From Hormiphora californensis (lineage: Eukaryota; Animalia; Ctenophora), in the NCBI GenBank assembly GCA_020137815.1, contig CM035353.1, positions 248,001-312,000 of the forward strand: a stretch of DNA of 64,000 nt, read 5' to 3'. The first letter of the stretch is position 1. Each line of letters begins with the position of its first letter. Position numbers and translations under genes: made by a program. Of the stretch, positions 49,830 through 59,277 are shown piece by piece. The notes below the pieces were generated by a model. It was not told where the DNA came from. It did not search any database and was given only the letters and a program-made list of their open reading frames with translations.

Positions 49830-51510
49830 AGGGGTCTTCTCGGGGTACCTCTGAAAAGTTTGGACGTTGACGACGCATAAAGATTCGTTCTGTGTTTTGA
49901 GGGTTTCTAACTGTAATTTTAATGTTGCTCATTAAATTTCCAACTTTTCCAAAATTTATGTGACTTATTGCCCAAATTAGCCCACACACTGCACCAGTAC
50001 GGGTTACCCAAAGAAGTAATCCGTCTACTATATGATACCATTTTGAACTACTGAATCCTGGTAAAACGATTTCAGGAGTGTCTAAATTTTGATTTTGGTC
50101 CCGTTCTATGTCGTTGATCCTATTTTCCATGTACTCTAGTGCAGCTTTTGACGGATCTGTGTGTGATATGTCTTTATTATCGTATATGAACTCGTCAGGA
50201 AAGTGGAATAGGTCATCAAATGTGTGTGTCTTAAATATGGGTATTTCGAGAGCATTGTTTGTAACTATGACATGTGGTGTGCTCCCGGGTTGGTAATTGT
50301 ACGTGTTACCATGTAATTCTAAGAATCTATTGATTGATGCTGAACAATTGGTTCGTGTTGATTGGTGATTGATGATATTTGTTTGTGGGTCGATAAAACC
50401 ACTTCTAAAATTTTCTGCTTCATTTCCTTTGTAAACTATCGGCACATCGTAGAAGCATTCATCTGTTTGTCTAAATTCAACGTGGTTGATTGGTCTACAT
50501 GGTGTTACTTGTATTATTCCACCAGTAATGTGGTCACTCTGTGCTATTATATATGGATTATTAAGCATGTTTCTTGCGTATGCGGTAGGGTTCTTTAGAG
50601 CCAGTGCTTTGGTGACATTTATTGTTAACTGTATTGCCTCACATAAATTAGCATATTTTGTTGTTTTCTCAGTCACTACGTCAGACAGGTAATTTAATTT
50701 AGTTAAAAGTTCTTCTCTCACTGCTTCAATGGTAATGGTATTTTCATTGCTGCTAACGGACTTCGGTGTAGTACTTGGGTTACTTATTTTTATTTTGAAG
50801 CCATTAGCGTAGTAATCTTTGTCTAATTTTGGTTTTTCTTGTAGATCTGCGCTGAACCCGATTTCAGCTATAACAATGTGGTTTCCTAGAATAATTGCGG
50901 GGTAGTTGCCAACGAGTAAATGTGCCTTATTTACGTCTAGTTTTGGTTGATAGATAATTGCTTCGTTATTACTAGTTAAACAGTATCCTGTGTTATAATT
51001 TTTGGAACATTTGGTCATATCACCTAGGTTTGATATTGTATTTTCGTTATGTGTTTTTGCTACGTAGCCTTTTTTGATAATACACTCTGTGATTGTGTTT
51101 GTTTTTGTCTTCAACCATTGTGATTCGCATTTCGGTTCTACGTGTCCTAATGTATTGGTTCTTCTGCCTAATGTATCTTCGCATGTCGAGTGGGTGATGT
51201 GCTCTCTATATTTGCTTTCTGGCCAGTAAACTTTTTTATTTGATTTGGTAGTCTCTTTCGACCCGAAAAAATTGTTGGAGACCTTGCACGTCTTTTCTGT
51301 GACTCTCATGGACTTTGCATTTACTCGGTACTCTTTAATGTTTCTTTTCCACAGTGTGACATTGTAGATTGTCGGGTTTGTGTTGTCACATTTAAACGAC
51401 TGTGGTACTTTGAATAATTGTTTGGCGGTTCGGCCATCGCATATCATGGCAGTACTGCTTGCTTCGCCAATCATGACAGCAATCAACACGGCTGATACTA
51501 AGCCCTTCAT
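49720..51510 (-). CDS. env: Env1: class III-like viral glycoprotein (herpes gB/chuvirus G-like)
   Basis: 596 aa from ATG 51510, with signal peptide MKGLVSAVLIAVMIGEASS and a Cys-rich ectodomain. The segment LCE...NPTAYARNML...GGIIQVTPCRPI...RQTDECFYDVPIVY...GFIDPQTNII...RTNC resembles the gB/chuvirus glycoprotein C-terminal ectodomain pattern. A hydrophobic segment lies near the C-terminus. Confidence 0.75.
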   Translation of the reverse strand: MKGLVSAVLIAVMIGEASSTAMICDGRTAKQLFKVPQSFKCDNTNPTIYNVTLWKRNIKEYRVNAKSMRVTEKTCKVSNNFFGSKETTKSNKKVYWPESKYREHITHSTCEDTLGRRTNTLGHVEPKCESQWLKTKTNTITECIIKKGYVAKTHNENTISNLGDMTKCSKNYNTGYCLTSNNEAIIYQPKLDVNKAHLLVGNYPAIILGNHIVIAEIGFSADLQEKPKLDKDYYANGFKIKISNPSTTPKSVSSNENTITIEAVREELLTKLNYLSDVVTEKTTKYANLCEAIQLTINVTKALALKNPTAYARNMLNNPYIIAQSDHITGGIIQVTPCRPINHVEFRQTDECFYDVPIVYKGNEAENFRSGFIDPQTNIINHQSTRTNCSASINRFLELHGNTYNYQPGSTPHVIVTNNALEIPIFKTHTFDDLFHFPDEFIYDNKDISHTDPSKAALEYMENRINDIERDQNQNLDTPEIVLPGFSSSKWYHIVDGLLLWVTRTGAVCGLIWAISHINFGKVGNLMSNIKITVRNPQNTERIFMRRQRPNFSEVPREDPYDETDMSTYSPIIGHGPYGGREPAGSIRATTRSYSP

Positions 51511-52093
51511 CTGAAAAACACAATCGATTGATGACTTTGTTATTTCATGCTCAAACGAGTGATCAATTCGCCTATTCACGAAATAAAGTTTCTCGATGAC
51601 TGTGTGGTCGACCTCTCCAGATGATTTGTGTTGTGTGATATGCGGAGTTCTCTTTAGTGCGGTGTGAAGTGTACCTTATTATTCATGTCAGTGTGGTGTG
51701 ATCTATAGATTATTATTTGTGCCGTTCTACTGTGTTTTGTGTTTGTTCCTTAATTTTACTCGCGTTACCCTTATTCTACCTGTTGTTGTGTGCTTTTTAG
51801 TGACTGGTGTGTACTTAATTGGACTTCTTATTGCTAATTTTTAATGAGGAGAGTGCTCCTCTTTTGCAGCCTTCTTTAGCAAAGGGAGGTCAATTAATTT
51901 TAGAGAAAATTTACTCAGTTTATGTCTGAGTTCTGAGTGTGAGACGAATGTGCTGACAATGAAGGGGATTACTGGCCCACCTTTGCTTCTAGACAAGTTC
52001 TTGACGATTCAAATAAATCATATCTTCCCTTGTCTTATTGCTTTATTTTGTTGTTGACGGTTTATCTTTTTTTTTTTAGCAATTCTCTCTCTA

Positions 52094-52537
52094 ATGGACG
52101 CCAGACAGGAAATCATTCGGCAGGTCCTCTGGGACTCTACCTTGACCTTGGTGGTGGAACGGTTGGGTTGGCCTGTAGACGCCTCAGCCGTTACGTTTTG
52201 TATGGTTGAGGCCCTACTAGCTGGGCATGCTAGACTGGTTTGTTCCCACCGCCTTCGGGATTTGTTGGAGTGCCAGGGGGCTGGTCACCCGACCCCCTTT
52301 TGGTCCGTGATCCCTTCTAGGAACGGGGTGCCGGTGGTCTATTGCCCCTGCTCCCTGTTTAGTTGGGCGATCAACAGGCCGGTCGCCATGGAGGAGTGTC
52401 ATGGGATTCTTCCCTTGACGCACCTCCAATGCGCTATATGTGAGGACACCCCGGAAGACATACCATGGACTTCCTTCTACGCCGACTGTGTTGGGTGTTC
52501 TCTGTGCGAGCGGCCGGGGACGCCTGTTGATCGGTGA
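52094..52537 (+). CDS. Antisense Cys/His-rich protein A (147 aa)
   Basis: GC-rich ORF island in AT-rich spacer, with a poly-T/AG acceptor upstream and AATAAA at ~52592. Paralogous to 52773-53255. Confidence 0.75.
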   Translation: MDARQEIIRQVLWDSTLTLVVERLGWPVDASAVTFCMVEALLAGHARLVCSHRLRDLLECQGAGHPTPFWSVIPSRNGVPVVYCPCSLFSWAINRPVAMEECHGILPLTHLQCAICEDTPEDIPWTSFYADCVGCSLCERPGTPVDR

Positions 52538-52772
52538 TCTCATGTAGGTGGACTTTATGCTTTTATGCTCTTTGTCTTTAATTGTGGCTCTAATAAATTT
52601 TTAAATTTTTCTAGTTTTGTAACGGTCATTTGGTATTCCGCTTGGCTTCAGGGTAAGGTGTGAACCTTGCTATTTGGTTGACACATTACACCCTTTTAGT
52701 CCCCTGTATATTTTCCTATATTCAATTTGTTCTCAATTTATTTCTAACACGTTTTTACTTTTTTAGAACATT

Positions 52773-53255
52773 ATGTCTTTCTTGACTATCGTCGGTGAGC
52801 TCCGGACCGTCTGGGAATTGGACTGTCCCCACGAGCGAATGGTCGCCTGGAACATACGCTTTGACTCGGTAGTGGGGCAGTGCGGGGTTCCCATCAACCC
52901 CGTTACTGTAAGTCGCTGCGACTTACAGTTTATTTTCGACGAGCTGGCACCTCTGATATGCCATCACCGGCTCGTCGAAATACTGTCGTGCCCATTAAAT
53001 GGGCACCCTCAATTTCAGGGAGAGCACTGCCTTTGTGGCTGGTGGCGAGCGGCGGTCTGTGCTCCGGACTGGGTCAGGCCCAATTCAACAGCTCCCTGGC
53101 CCGTCCGGTTCACCCGCTGCAGCTTACACCGCTGCAGGGCGGCTCCCCTTTTGGGGCCGCTATCGATTCGGCATTGGCTTTTCGACCATGAGTTCTGTGG
53201 GGATTGTGCCAACTGCCAGCCACCAACCTCGAGGACTCCGGAGCCCGACCGATAG
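52773..53255 (+). CDS. Antisense Cys/His-rich protein B (160 aa)
   Basis: Shares CxHRLxxxLxCxxxGHP, CxC, CxxC/H and CxxCxxC motifs with protein A. Acceptor ttttttag lies 6 nt before the ATG. Confidence 0.75.
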   Translation: MSFLTIVGELRTVWELDCPHERMVAWNIRFDSVVGQCGVPINPVTVSRCDLQFIFDELAPLICHHRLVEILSCPLNGHPQFQGEHCLCGWWRAAVCAPDWVRPNSTAPWPVRFTRCSLHRCRAAPLLGPLSIRHWLFDHEFCGDCANCQPPTSRTPEPDR

Positions 53256-53451
53256 TGGGTTATTTTTTCTGAATTTTATTATGCATTTTTTCCAATTTGT
53301 TTCATGTTTTTTTTCTAACTTGTTCTTATATTCAATTTTTCAGGGAGGACGGTGAGGGGGGACGGTGAAAGGTCTGCCGAGTGTTTCCAGTAAAGGTCTG
53401 CCGAGGTAATTACTTTTTAAATCATTGTTCCGTATTACCTACTGTTGTAGC

Positions 53452-56400
53452 TTATTTTGGCCCTGACATATCGTAATCTTTTAAATACGGAGGTAATTTT
53501 TTTAGCCTGTTTGACCTACGAAGTACAGGTGGTTCTGTGGTTTGTTCTACTTGTTTATTCTTTTCTTTTTCTGATGTGGCTGTGTGAGGTGTTGTTTTCT
53601 GTGTGACGGTTTCTTTTTTGTTAATGTGTGGTGTCGAGTCGGCTAATGATTCATCATCACTTTCCGAGTGAACGTGTACGTGAATGGCTGGCCTTTCCTC
53701 AACAGTGTCCGTGACACCGTCGATAGTAAGTTTTTCTGCTAAAGCTTCGGGGACAAATTTCATAAGATCGTGGTGTACGACCTTTTGCTTTCCTGATTCT
53801 ATATGTTTGATTAGATAATTATGATCAGATATAATTTTCTCAATTATGTATAATACCTTAAATCTAGATTTGAATTTATTATTAGCCATTTCTTTTGGAG
53901 GCAATGGTACTAGTATGGCTACATGATCACCTATTTTGTACTTAGTAATTTTGGCTGAGCGGTCATAGAACTTCTTAGCTTGCACCTGTTGTGCTTTAAG
54001 ACTTTTTTGTACTTGGCCATAGACTCCTTTCATTTCCCAGTATAAATTATGTGCATAATGACATTCATCTCTGAAGAACTGGGTTGACGTTGTTTCATAA
54101 ATTAGGTCATTTGGTGCTCTAAGTTCTCTACCAAAGAAAAGGTAGTTTGGCGTGTACCCTGTCGCCTGATGTATCGTACCATTGTACGATGATATTGCTA
54201 TGGGGAAATATTTTTCCCATTGATTAGGGTTATTATGCGTCAATTTTGAGAGTATGGCTTTCAAAGTTTTATTAACCCTTTCCACTAAGTTTGTGGCTGG
54301 GTGATAAGGCGTTGTGCGAATCTTGGTGATTCCCAGCAAGCTATAAAAGTTTTGGATGAACTCGGCTCCATCAATTGATGAACCTTGATCACTGAGGACC
54401 TGTTCTGGTACTCCAAAAGGAAGTACGTGAGACATCAAGAACGCTCTGGCTAGTGTCGGGGCTTTAATATCACTAACAATTGCACCTGTGACGTACTTAG
54501 TGAACGCACAGGTACTGAGGAGTATGTGTTTAGTCGCCCCTGAATTCTTTGTTATGGGTCCCATCGTGTCTATGTAGCATCTATAGTTAGGAATATTTCG
54601 CTGTTCGTAAAGTTTCATGACCATTTTGGGTTTCTTATGAAAACCTTTGTTGTGGAAGAAACACTCTTCACACGCTTTAGTGTGTAATGTGATCTCTTCC
54701 GTCATGTTAGGCCACCAAAATTTTAACATAATGGCCCGTTTAGTTTTGAGTATGCCTGGGTGACCTGATTTGTCATGTTTCAACTCCATGATATCTTGTT
54801 TCAGGGTTTGCGGTGTACAGAGGAGCAACCGGAATTTACCGCTGGATTCGCTCATGTACTTAATGGCCACTAGTCCTTGGAGGGTAAGTTGAAGTCTTTT
54901 AAATTTGTTATAGTAAATTTTCAACTCTTTTGTGTAATTTGAGTCGGCTGGTTGTGCGGGACGTTCTTTTTGAACGAGCCATGACCTTACTTCTGACAAA
55001 GACGTATCGTTAATCTGCGCTTGGTATAGAGGTTCATGGTCATGGAACTCTAGTGATATCGGATTCTCAAACGTACCTATCTCTTCTTTTTTCTCTTTAG
55101 TAATTATTTGGATTATCTCTTCTAGATGACTACTGGGCTCATCATCAATCTTTAGATTGATGGCATCTTTAATTAGGCCAATGACTGTCTGTGGTGACTC
55201 TTCTTGCTTTTTAATTGTGTTTTCCCAATATTCCCATAAATCGCCTGATTTCTGGGGTAAATTACGGGAAAGAAAATCTGCTAATTGATTATCTTTTCCG
55301 GGTGTGTGCTCCAATACAAAGTTGTATTCTGATAACTTAATGGACCAACTGAGCAAAAGTCTACATGTGGTTTTGTTAAGATACCCGGATTGTGTGAGTG
55401 ATTTCATATCAGTGAATACTACAAATGGTTCTTGAGCACCGTATACTAGATGATCATATTTCTGTATAGCCCATAAAACAGCTCTCATTTCGAGTTTAAA
55501 ACTTGGCCATTTCTGCTCTGCCGGTGAGAGTACCCTACTCCCGTAACTAATCGGCCTAAAGAACTCTTGACCATTTTGGTCCGTGAATTTGTGAGTTATT
55601 GCACAACCTAATCCTTGAAAGCTGGCATCACACCATAAGTAAAATTTCTTTTTAACGTCAGGCATGACAAGTATGGGCATAGTGGTAAGCTTATTTTTAA
55701 TCATTTCAAAAGCGTGTTGTGCTTCGGGTGTGGCTTTAATGTTGTAACTTGTTCCGGTTAACAAGTCAGTGAGTGGTTTAATTTCGGAAGCACAATTTTG
55801 AAGTAAATTTCGGAACCAATTTATTGCCCCCAAAAAACTCATTAATTTCTTTTTAGTGGTGGGGAATGGGATTTCGCGAACTGCTCTAACTTTTTCTTTG
55901 TCCGCTTCATATCCCTCTTTACTAAGCCATGCACCTAGGAATTTAACTTTTTTCACTAGTAATGAGCATTTGGTGGGTGATATTTTCAAGCCTCCTTGCC
56001 TAATGCAGTCGAATACTTGTTTCAAGTTGATGAGCATCTGATCTGTCGAATCTGTACCTATGAGGATATCATCTAGGTACACTTGTATGTTGTTAGGCAA
56101 ATGCTGAAATATCATGGTTAATGCTTGACAGAAATAACTGGGTGCATTTTTTAGACCAAAGCCAAGGCGGTTCTGCTCGAAGAGACCTACTCCAGGGACA
56201 TTCCATGCTGTTTTGTGTTTATCAGACTCTTTTATGCGAAGGCTCATGTAACCTTTTGTGAGATCGAGGGATGAGTAGTATTCCTTCCCTCCTACATGAG
56301 CAACAACTACGTCGAGAGGCGGTATACTAGAAGTAAATGACTCTGTTTTAGCATTGAGTTGGCGATAATCGGTACATATACGTACGTCATCTGAATCTTT

Positions 56401-57516
56401 TTTCTTGACTATGACTGTGGGTGCACTATAGGCAGATTGGGATGGTTGAATGACCCCTATGTCTAGTAATGCTTGTATTTCCTTGCGAACTTGAGGTAAC
56501 AGATGTATCGGTATGCGTCTGGGAGGCAATGCTACAGGAATATCATCTTTTAAATTAATTTCTGCTTCCAAAATATTAGTGAGCCCTATGTCATATTTGT
56601 GAGATGAGAATATGTCTAAATATTCACTAACTAGTTCTTTAATTTTATTTTTAGTTTCGCTATTAAGGTGTTCGTTAGTGTCGATTTTTAGTTCTCGGAT
56701 AACTTTTGCTAACTTTGTAGTGGGTGAAACTACTTCACTAATGTTCTTAATTGCTTTTTCTACCGGTGTGAGGTATCCGAAGATTGTACCGGCTGGGAAG
56801 AAATATTCAGCCTGCTCATCAGTGTTCTCAAGTGTGATAGGTATCTCGGACTCATTAACATCTACTAAACATGAAGGTGGGTCATCTTTCTCTCTCGGCC
56901 AGAACAATGTACTTGGTGTATATACATATGTGCCACTATTTATGGGACTATCTATTGCACTAGTGTTTAGGCCAATGCACGTGACTGTGTGTGTCTTACC
57001 TATGCCAATATTAGTGTTAGCTTTTGACTTAACAAGAATTGTCTGATCTCGGGCCTTGTGAATGATTATTGGTACTTTATGGGGTCCTTTTCCAAGAGTC
57101 ATATTTGACAAATCTACTACAAGCCCGTTATCTATGAGGAAGTTAGAGCCTAAGACCAAAGGTGCTATTATCTCATCAATGATTATGAAATCAAGGTTGA
57201 ATTTTAGATTGCCTAGTTGTAATGGAACGTTTTTGATGGTCCCTAAAACTCTAAGATTGTGACCCGTCGCACCGATTAATTTGTACTTCGTTGCTTCTAT
57301 ACTACTGGTAGGTATTTGTAATTTATCGAGCATCGATTTAGACATGCAATTAAGCACTGCGCCGCTATCTATTAGTAATTTCGCGTCTTGACTATTGATT
57401 TTCCCTGCCGCGAATAGTGAATTAGTGTGCTTGTCTGCTATTGTTAAAATGGGCGACGCGGGTACAAAGTCACGTGCGGTAGCCTCGGTCGAGGGCCGAG
57501 GCACACTTAGTTTAAA
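53452..57516 (-). CDS. pol: Pol polyprotein (protease, RT, RNase H, integrase), expressed by -1 frameshift
   Basis: Protease LLIDSGA; RT LDLTKGY, FGLKNAP and YLDD; RNase H WCDAS. Integrase has HHCC (H..SGHPG...CEEC) and a D-D-E core (YIDTMGP, SDQGS, VERVN). No stop codons. Confidence 0.97.
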   Translation of the reverse strand, partial: FKLSVPRPSTEATARDFVPASPILTIADKHTNSLFAAGKINSQDAKLLIDSGAVLNCMSKSMLDKLQIPTSSIEATKYKLIGATGHNLRVLGTIKNVPLQLGNLKFNLDFIIIDEIIAPLVLGSNFLIDNGLVVDLSNMTLGKGPHKVPIIIHKARDQTILVKSKANTNIGIGKTHTVTCIGLNTSAIDSPINSGTYVYTPSTLFWPREKDDPPSCLVDVNESEIPITLENTDEQAEYFFPAGTIFGYLTPVEKAIKNISEVVSPTTKLAKVIRELKIDTNEHLNSETKNKIKELVSEYLDIFSSHKYDIGLTNILEAEINLKDDIPVALPPRRIPIHLLPQVRKEIQALLDIGVIQPSQSAYSAPTVIVKKKDSDDVRICTDYRQLNAKTESFTSSIPPLDVVVAHVGGKEYYSSLDLTKGYMSLRIKESDKHKTAWNVPGVGLFEQNRLGFGLKNAPSYFCQALTMIFQHLPNNIQVYLDDILIGTDSTDQMLINLKQVFDCIRQGGLKISPTKCSLLVKKVKFLGAWLSKEGYEADKEKVRAVREIPFPTTKKKLMSFLGAINWFRNLLQNCASEIKPLTDLLTGTSYNIKATPEAQHAFEMIKNKLTTMPILVMPDVKKKFYLWCDASFQGLGCAITHKFTDQNGQEFFRPISYGSRVLSPAEQKWPSFKLEMRAVLWAIQKYDHLVYGAQEPFVVFTDMKSLTQSGYLNKTTCRLLLSWSIKLSEYNFVLEHTPGKDNQLADFLSRNLPQKSGDLWEYWENTIKKQEESPQTVIGLIKDAINLKIDDEPSSHLEEIIQIITKEKKEEIGTFENPISLEFHDHEPLYQAQINDTSLSEVRSWLVQKERPAQPADSNYTKELKIYYNKFKRLQLTLQGLVAIKYMSESSGKFRLLLCTPQTLKQDIMELKHDKSGHPGILKTKRAIMLKFWWPNMTEEITLHTKACEECFFHNKGFHKKPKMVMKLYEQRNIPNYRCYIDTMGPITKNSGATKHILLSTCAFTKYVTGAIVSDIKAPTLARAFLMSHVLPFGVPEQVLSDQGSSIDGAEFIQNFYSLLGITKIRTTPYHPATNLVERVNKTLKAILSKLTHNNPNQWEKYFPIAISSYNGTIHQATGYTPNYLFFGRELRAPNDLIYETTSTQFFRDECHYAHNLYWEMKGVYGQVQKSLKAQQVQAKKFYDRSAKITKYKIGDHVAILVPLPPKEMANNKFKSRFKVLYIIEKIISDHNYLIKHIESGKQKVVHHDLMKFVPEALAEKLTIDGVTDTVEERPAIHVHVHSESDDESLADSTPHINKKETVTQKTTPHTATSEKEKNKQVEQTTEPPVLRRSNRLKKLPPYLKDYDMSGPK
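57482..57516 (-). promoter_or_regulatory. -1 programmed ribosomal frameshift signal
   Basis: T TTA AAC (57516-57510) in the gag frame just before the TAA stop, then a 7-nt spacer and a GCCTCGG/CCGAGGC hairpin. Pol is in the -1 frame. Confidence 0.85.
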
Positions 57517-59015
57517 TCTTGATCCTTGAAGATATTCTCCACCAGAGCCATGTTGTATGTCTTTTCTTGGTCCGGGAAGCCGCTGTTTCCTGGGCCGTCG
57601 TCAATAGCCAGCTGTGCCATGGGTGCCGTTATGGCGTGTTGCATCATATTGATGGGGCGTTGCTGTTGTTGCTGTTGTTGTTGTTGGGCCGCATTGTTGG
57701 GTGCTCGCCAATTACCGGGTGGTGCAGTAGTAGTCTGGTACTGGTTCGGGTTTTGTTTCCACTGGTTTTGAGTGTTCTGGTAATTAGGCTGGTAATTGGG
57801 ACGGTAATTGGGGCGGTAGTTGGGGCGGTAGTTGTCCCTATTGTTGGGACGGTAGTTGTCCCGATTGTTGGGTCGGTAGTTGGGGCGGTTGTCGTTCCTT
57901 CCCCGGTTACCATTGTAGTTGTTTCTCCCCTGGTTATTGTTGTTATTGCCACGGTTGTTGTTGTTATTCCAGCCTCTGCTATTTCCTCCTCTGCTGTTGT
58001 TTCCCTGCTGGTACTGCCTGACCCTTCTCTCTGTTGATCGGCAATCACTGGTCCAGTGCCACCCTCCGCATTTTCGACATGCTGATGGTGGTTGGGTATC
58101 TCGTTGCTGTCGAGTTGGGCACTCCCTGGCGAAGTGTCCATCCTTTCCACATGAGTAGCATTGATTAGATGGCGGTCTTGCAATGACCTTCTCTTTCCCC
58201 GTCAAGTGTGAAACTGGAGCATCTTGGATAGCTAGTACCGGTGGAGGTTGTTCAACTTCCACTGTTGCCGGTATCGGGAGTGTGACGATTCCCTTGTGAG
58301 AGTCGTCATTCTGGGAGCGTAGAAGTAGAGCCTCCTTCAAAGCCAGTTCCTTCTCCATGGTGATTTCAGCAAGTTGATGTTCGGTGATGTCCTTCAAACA
58401 TGAAACTTCAGCGGCTAGTCGCGCGTCACTCAACCCGCTCAAAAAAGCATCTCGCAACATCTTCTGTGTGAACTTCTTCTCCATCGTGCGATCGGCGCGG
58501 GACAGTTCGGGCGTGTCAACGCTGTCAAAATATTTGTCTACTATTTTGACTAATCGTTCGAAAAAATCGAGCGCAGTTTCATCCCGCCCCTGTGTAGCTT
58601 TACGTAACTCTACTTTAGCTGACATTTTTTGTGTTTTTGGAGTAAGAGTTTTAATTATTGTTGGTTTGAGATCTGACCAATCTGCTTTCTGGTCTTCTGT
58701 CAAATCAAGCGCTGCTAGTTTATCTCGGCAGCTCTCAGGCAGGTAAGTGATGAAATTGCTGTACGCCTTTTCATCACTTAGTGAGATGAGTGTTCTATAA
58801 TCATCAAATGTTTTAATGAATTTAGACACACTTTTTCCCAAAACATAGTTAGTCGGCTGTTTCGCTGCTGCGTAACTTGCCGTTAACTCCCTACGATAAT
58901 CGCGGAACTTGGTTTTGACCTGTTCCTCCGAAAATGTAGCATGATGGCTTGTTGCACTAGGGTCTGTTACCCCGGGCAAAATGCCATTTTTATTATCTTT
59001 ACTTTCGTCCCCCAT
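57507..59015 (-). CDS. gag: Gag (capsid, two zinc knuckles, N/Q/R-rich C-terminus)
   Basis: First ATG at 59015 (the frame is open from 59255). Has a major-homology-like segment ATQGRDETALDFFERL and knuckles CYSCGKDGHFAREC and CRKCGGWHWTSDC. Confidence 0.92.
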   Translation of the reverse strand: MGDESKDNKNGILPGVTDPSATSHHATFSEEQVKTKFRDYRRELTASYAAAKQPTNYVLGKSVSKFIKTFDDYRTLISLSDEKAYSNFITYLPESCRDKLAALDLTEDQKADWSDLKPTIIKTLTPKTQKMSAKVELRKATQGRDETALDFFERLVKIVDKYFDSVDTPELSRADRTMEKKFTQKMLRDAFLSGLSDARLAAEVSCLKDITEHQLAEITMEKELALKEALLLRSQNDDSHKGIVTLPIPATVEVEQPPPVLAIQDAPVSHLTGKEKVIARPPSNQCYSCGKDGHFARECPTRQQRDTQPPSACRKCGGWHWTSDCRSTERRVRQYQQGNNSRGGNSRGWNNNNNRGNNNNNQGRNNYNGNRGRNDNRPNYRPNNRDNYRPNNRDNYRPNYRPNYRPNYQPNYQNTQNQWKQNPNQYQTTTAPPGNWRAPNNAAQQQQQQQQQRPINMMQHAITAPMAQLAIDDGPGNSGFPDQEKTYNMALVENIFKDQDLN

Positions 59016-59258
59016 TAGTAAAATTAAATCGTGATAAACTGTTTTATTTACTGTAACTGTGAGTGGGCGATTATTTTGTAACGGTGTTGAAAATTGATCT
59101 GATTCTAATTCTAAACTTAAATTTAGGCTATTTGAGCTAATCGAGAATTCAGAGTCTTCAGAAAGTCTTGTCTGAGATAAATCTGAGTTTTCAGAAAGTC
59201 TTGTCTGATTTTCAAGTTCACGTGGGTCTGAACTTGCTATATTGGCCACACAAAACTA

Positions 59259-59273
59259 CAAGTCACAGCACCA
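59259..59273 (-). other. Primer binding site, tRNA-His-like
   Basis: TGGTGCTGTGACTTG lies 4 nt inside the 5' LTR end. It is complementary to the typical eukaryotic tRNA-His 3' end (TGGTGCCGTGACTCG) with two G:U pairs. Confidence 0.75.
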
Positions 59274-59277
59274 ATTA

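Noticed and set aside
59016-59249. 78-codon N-terminal Gag extension in the ORF track
   Set aside because: It starts at GTG right after the PBS. More likely leader sequence, though non-AUG initiation cannot be excluded.
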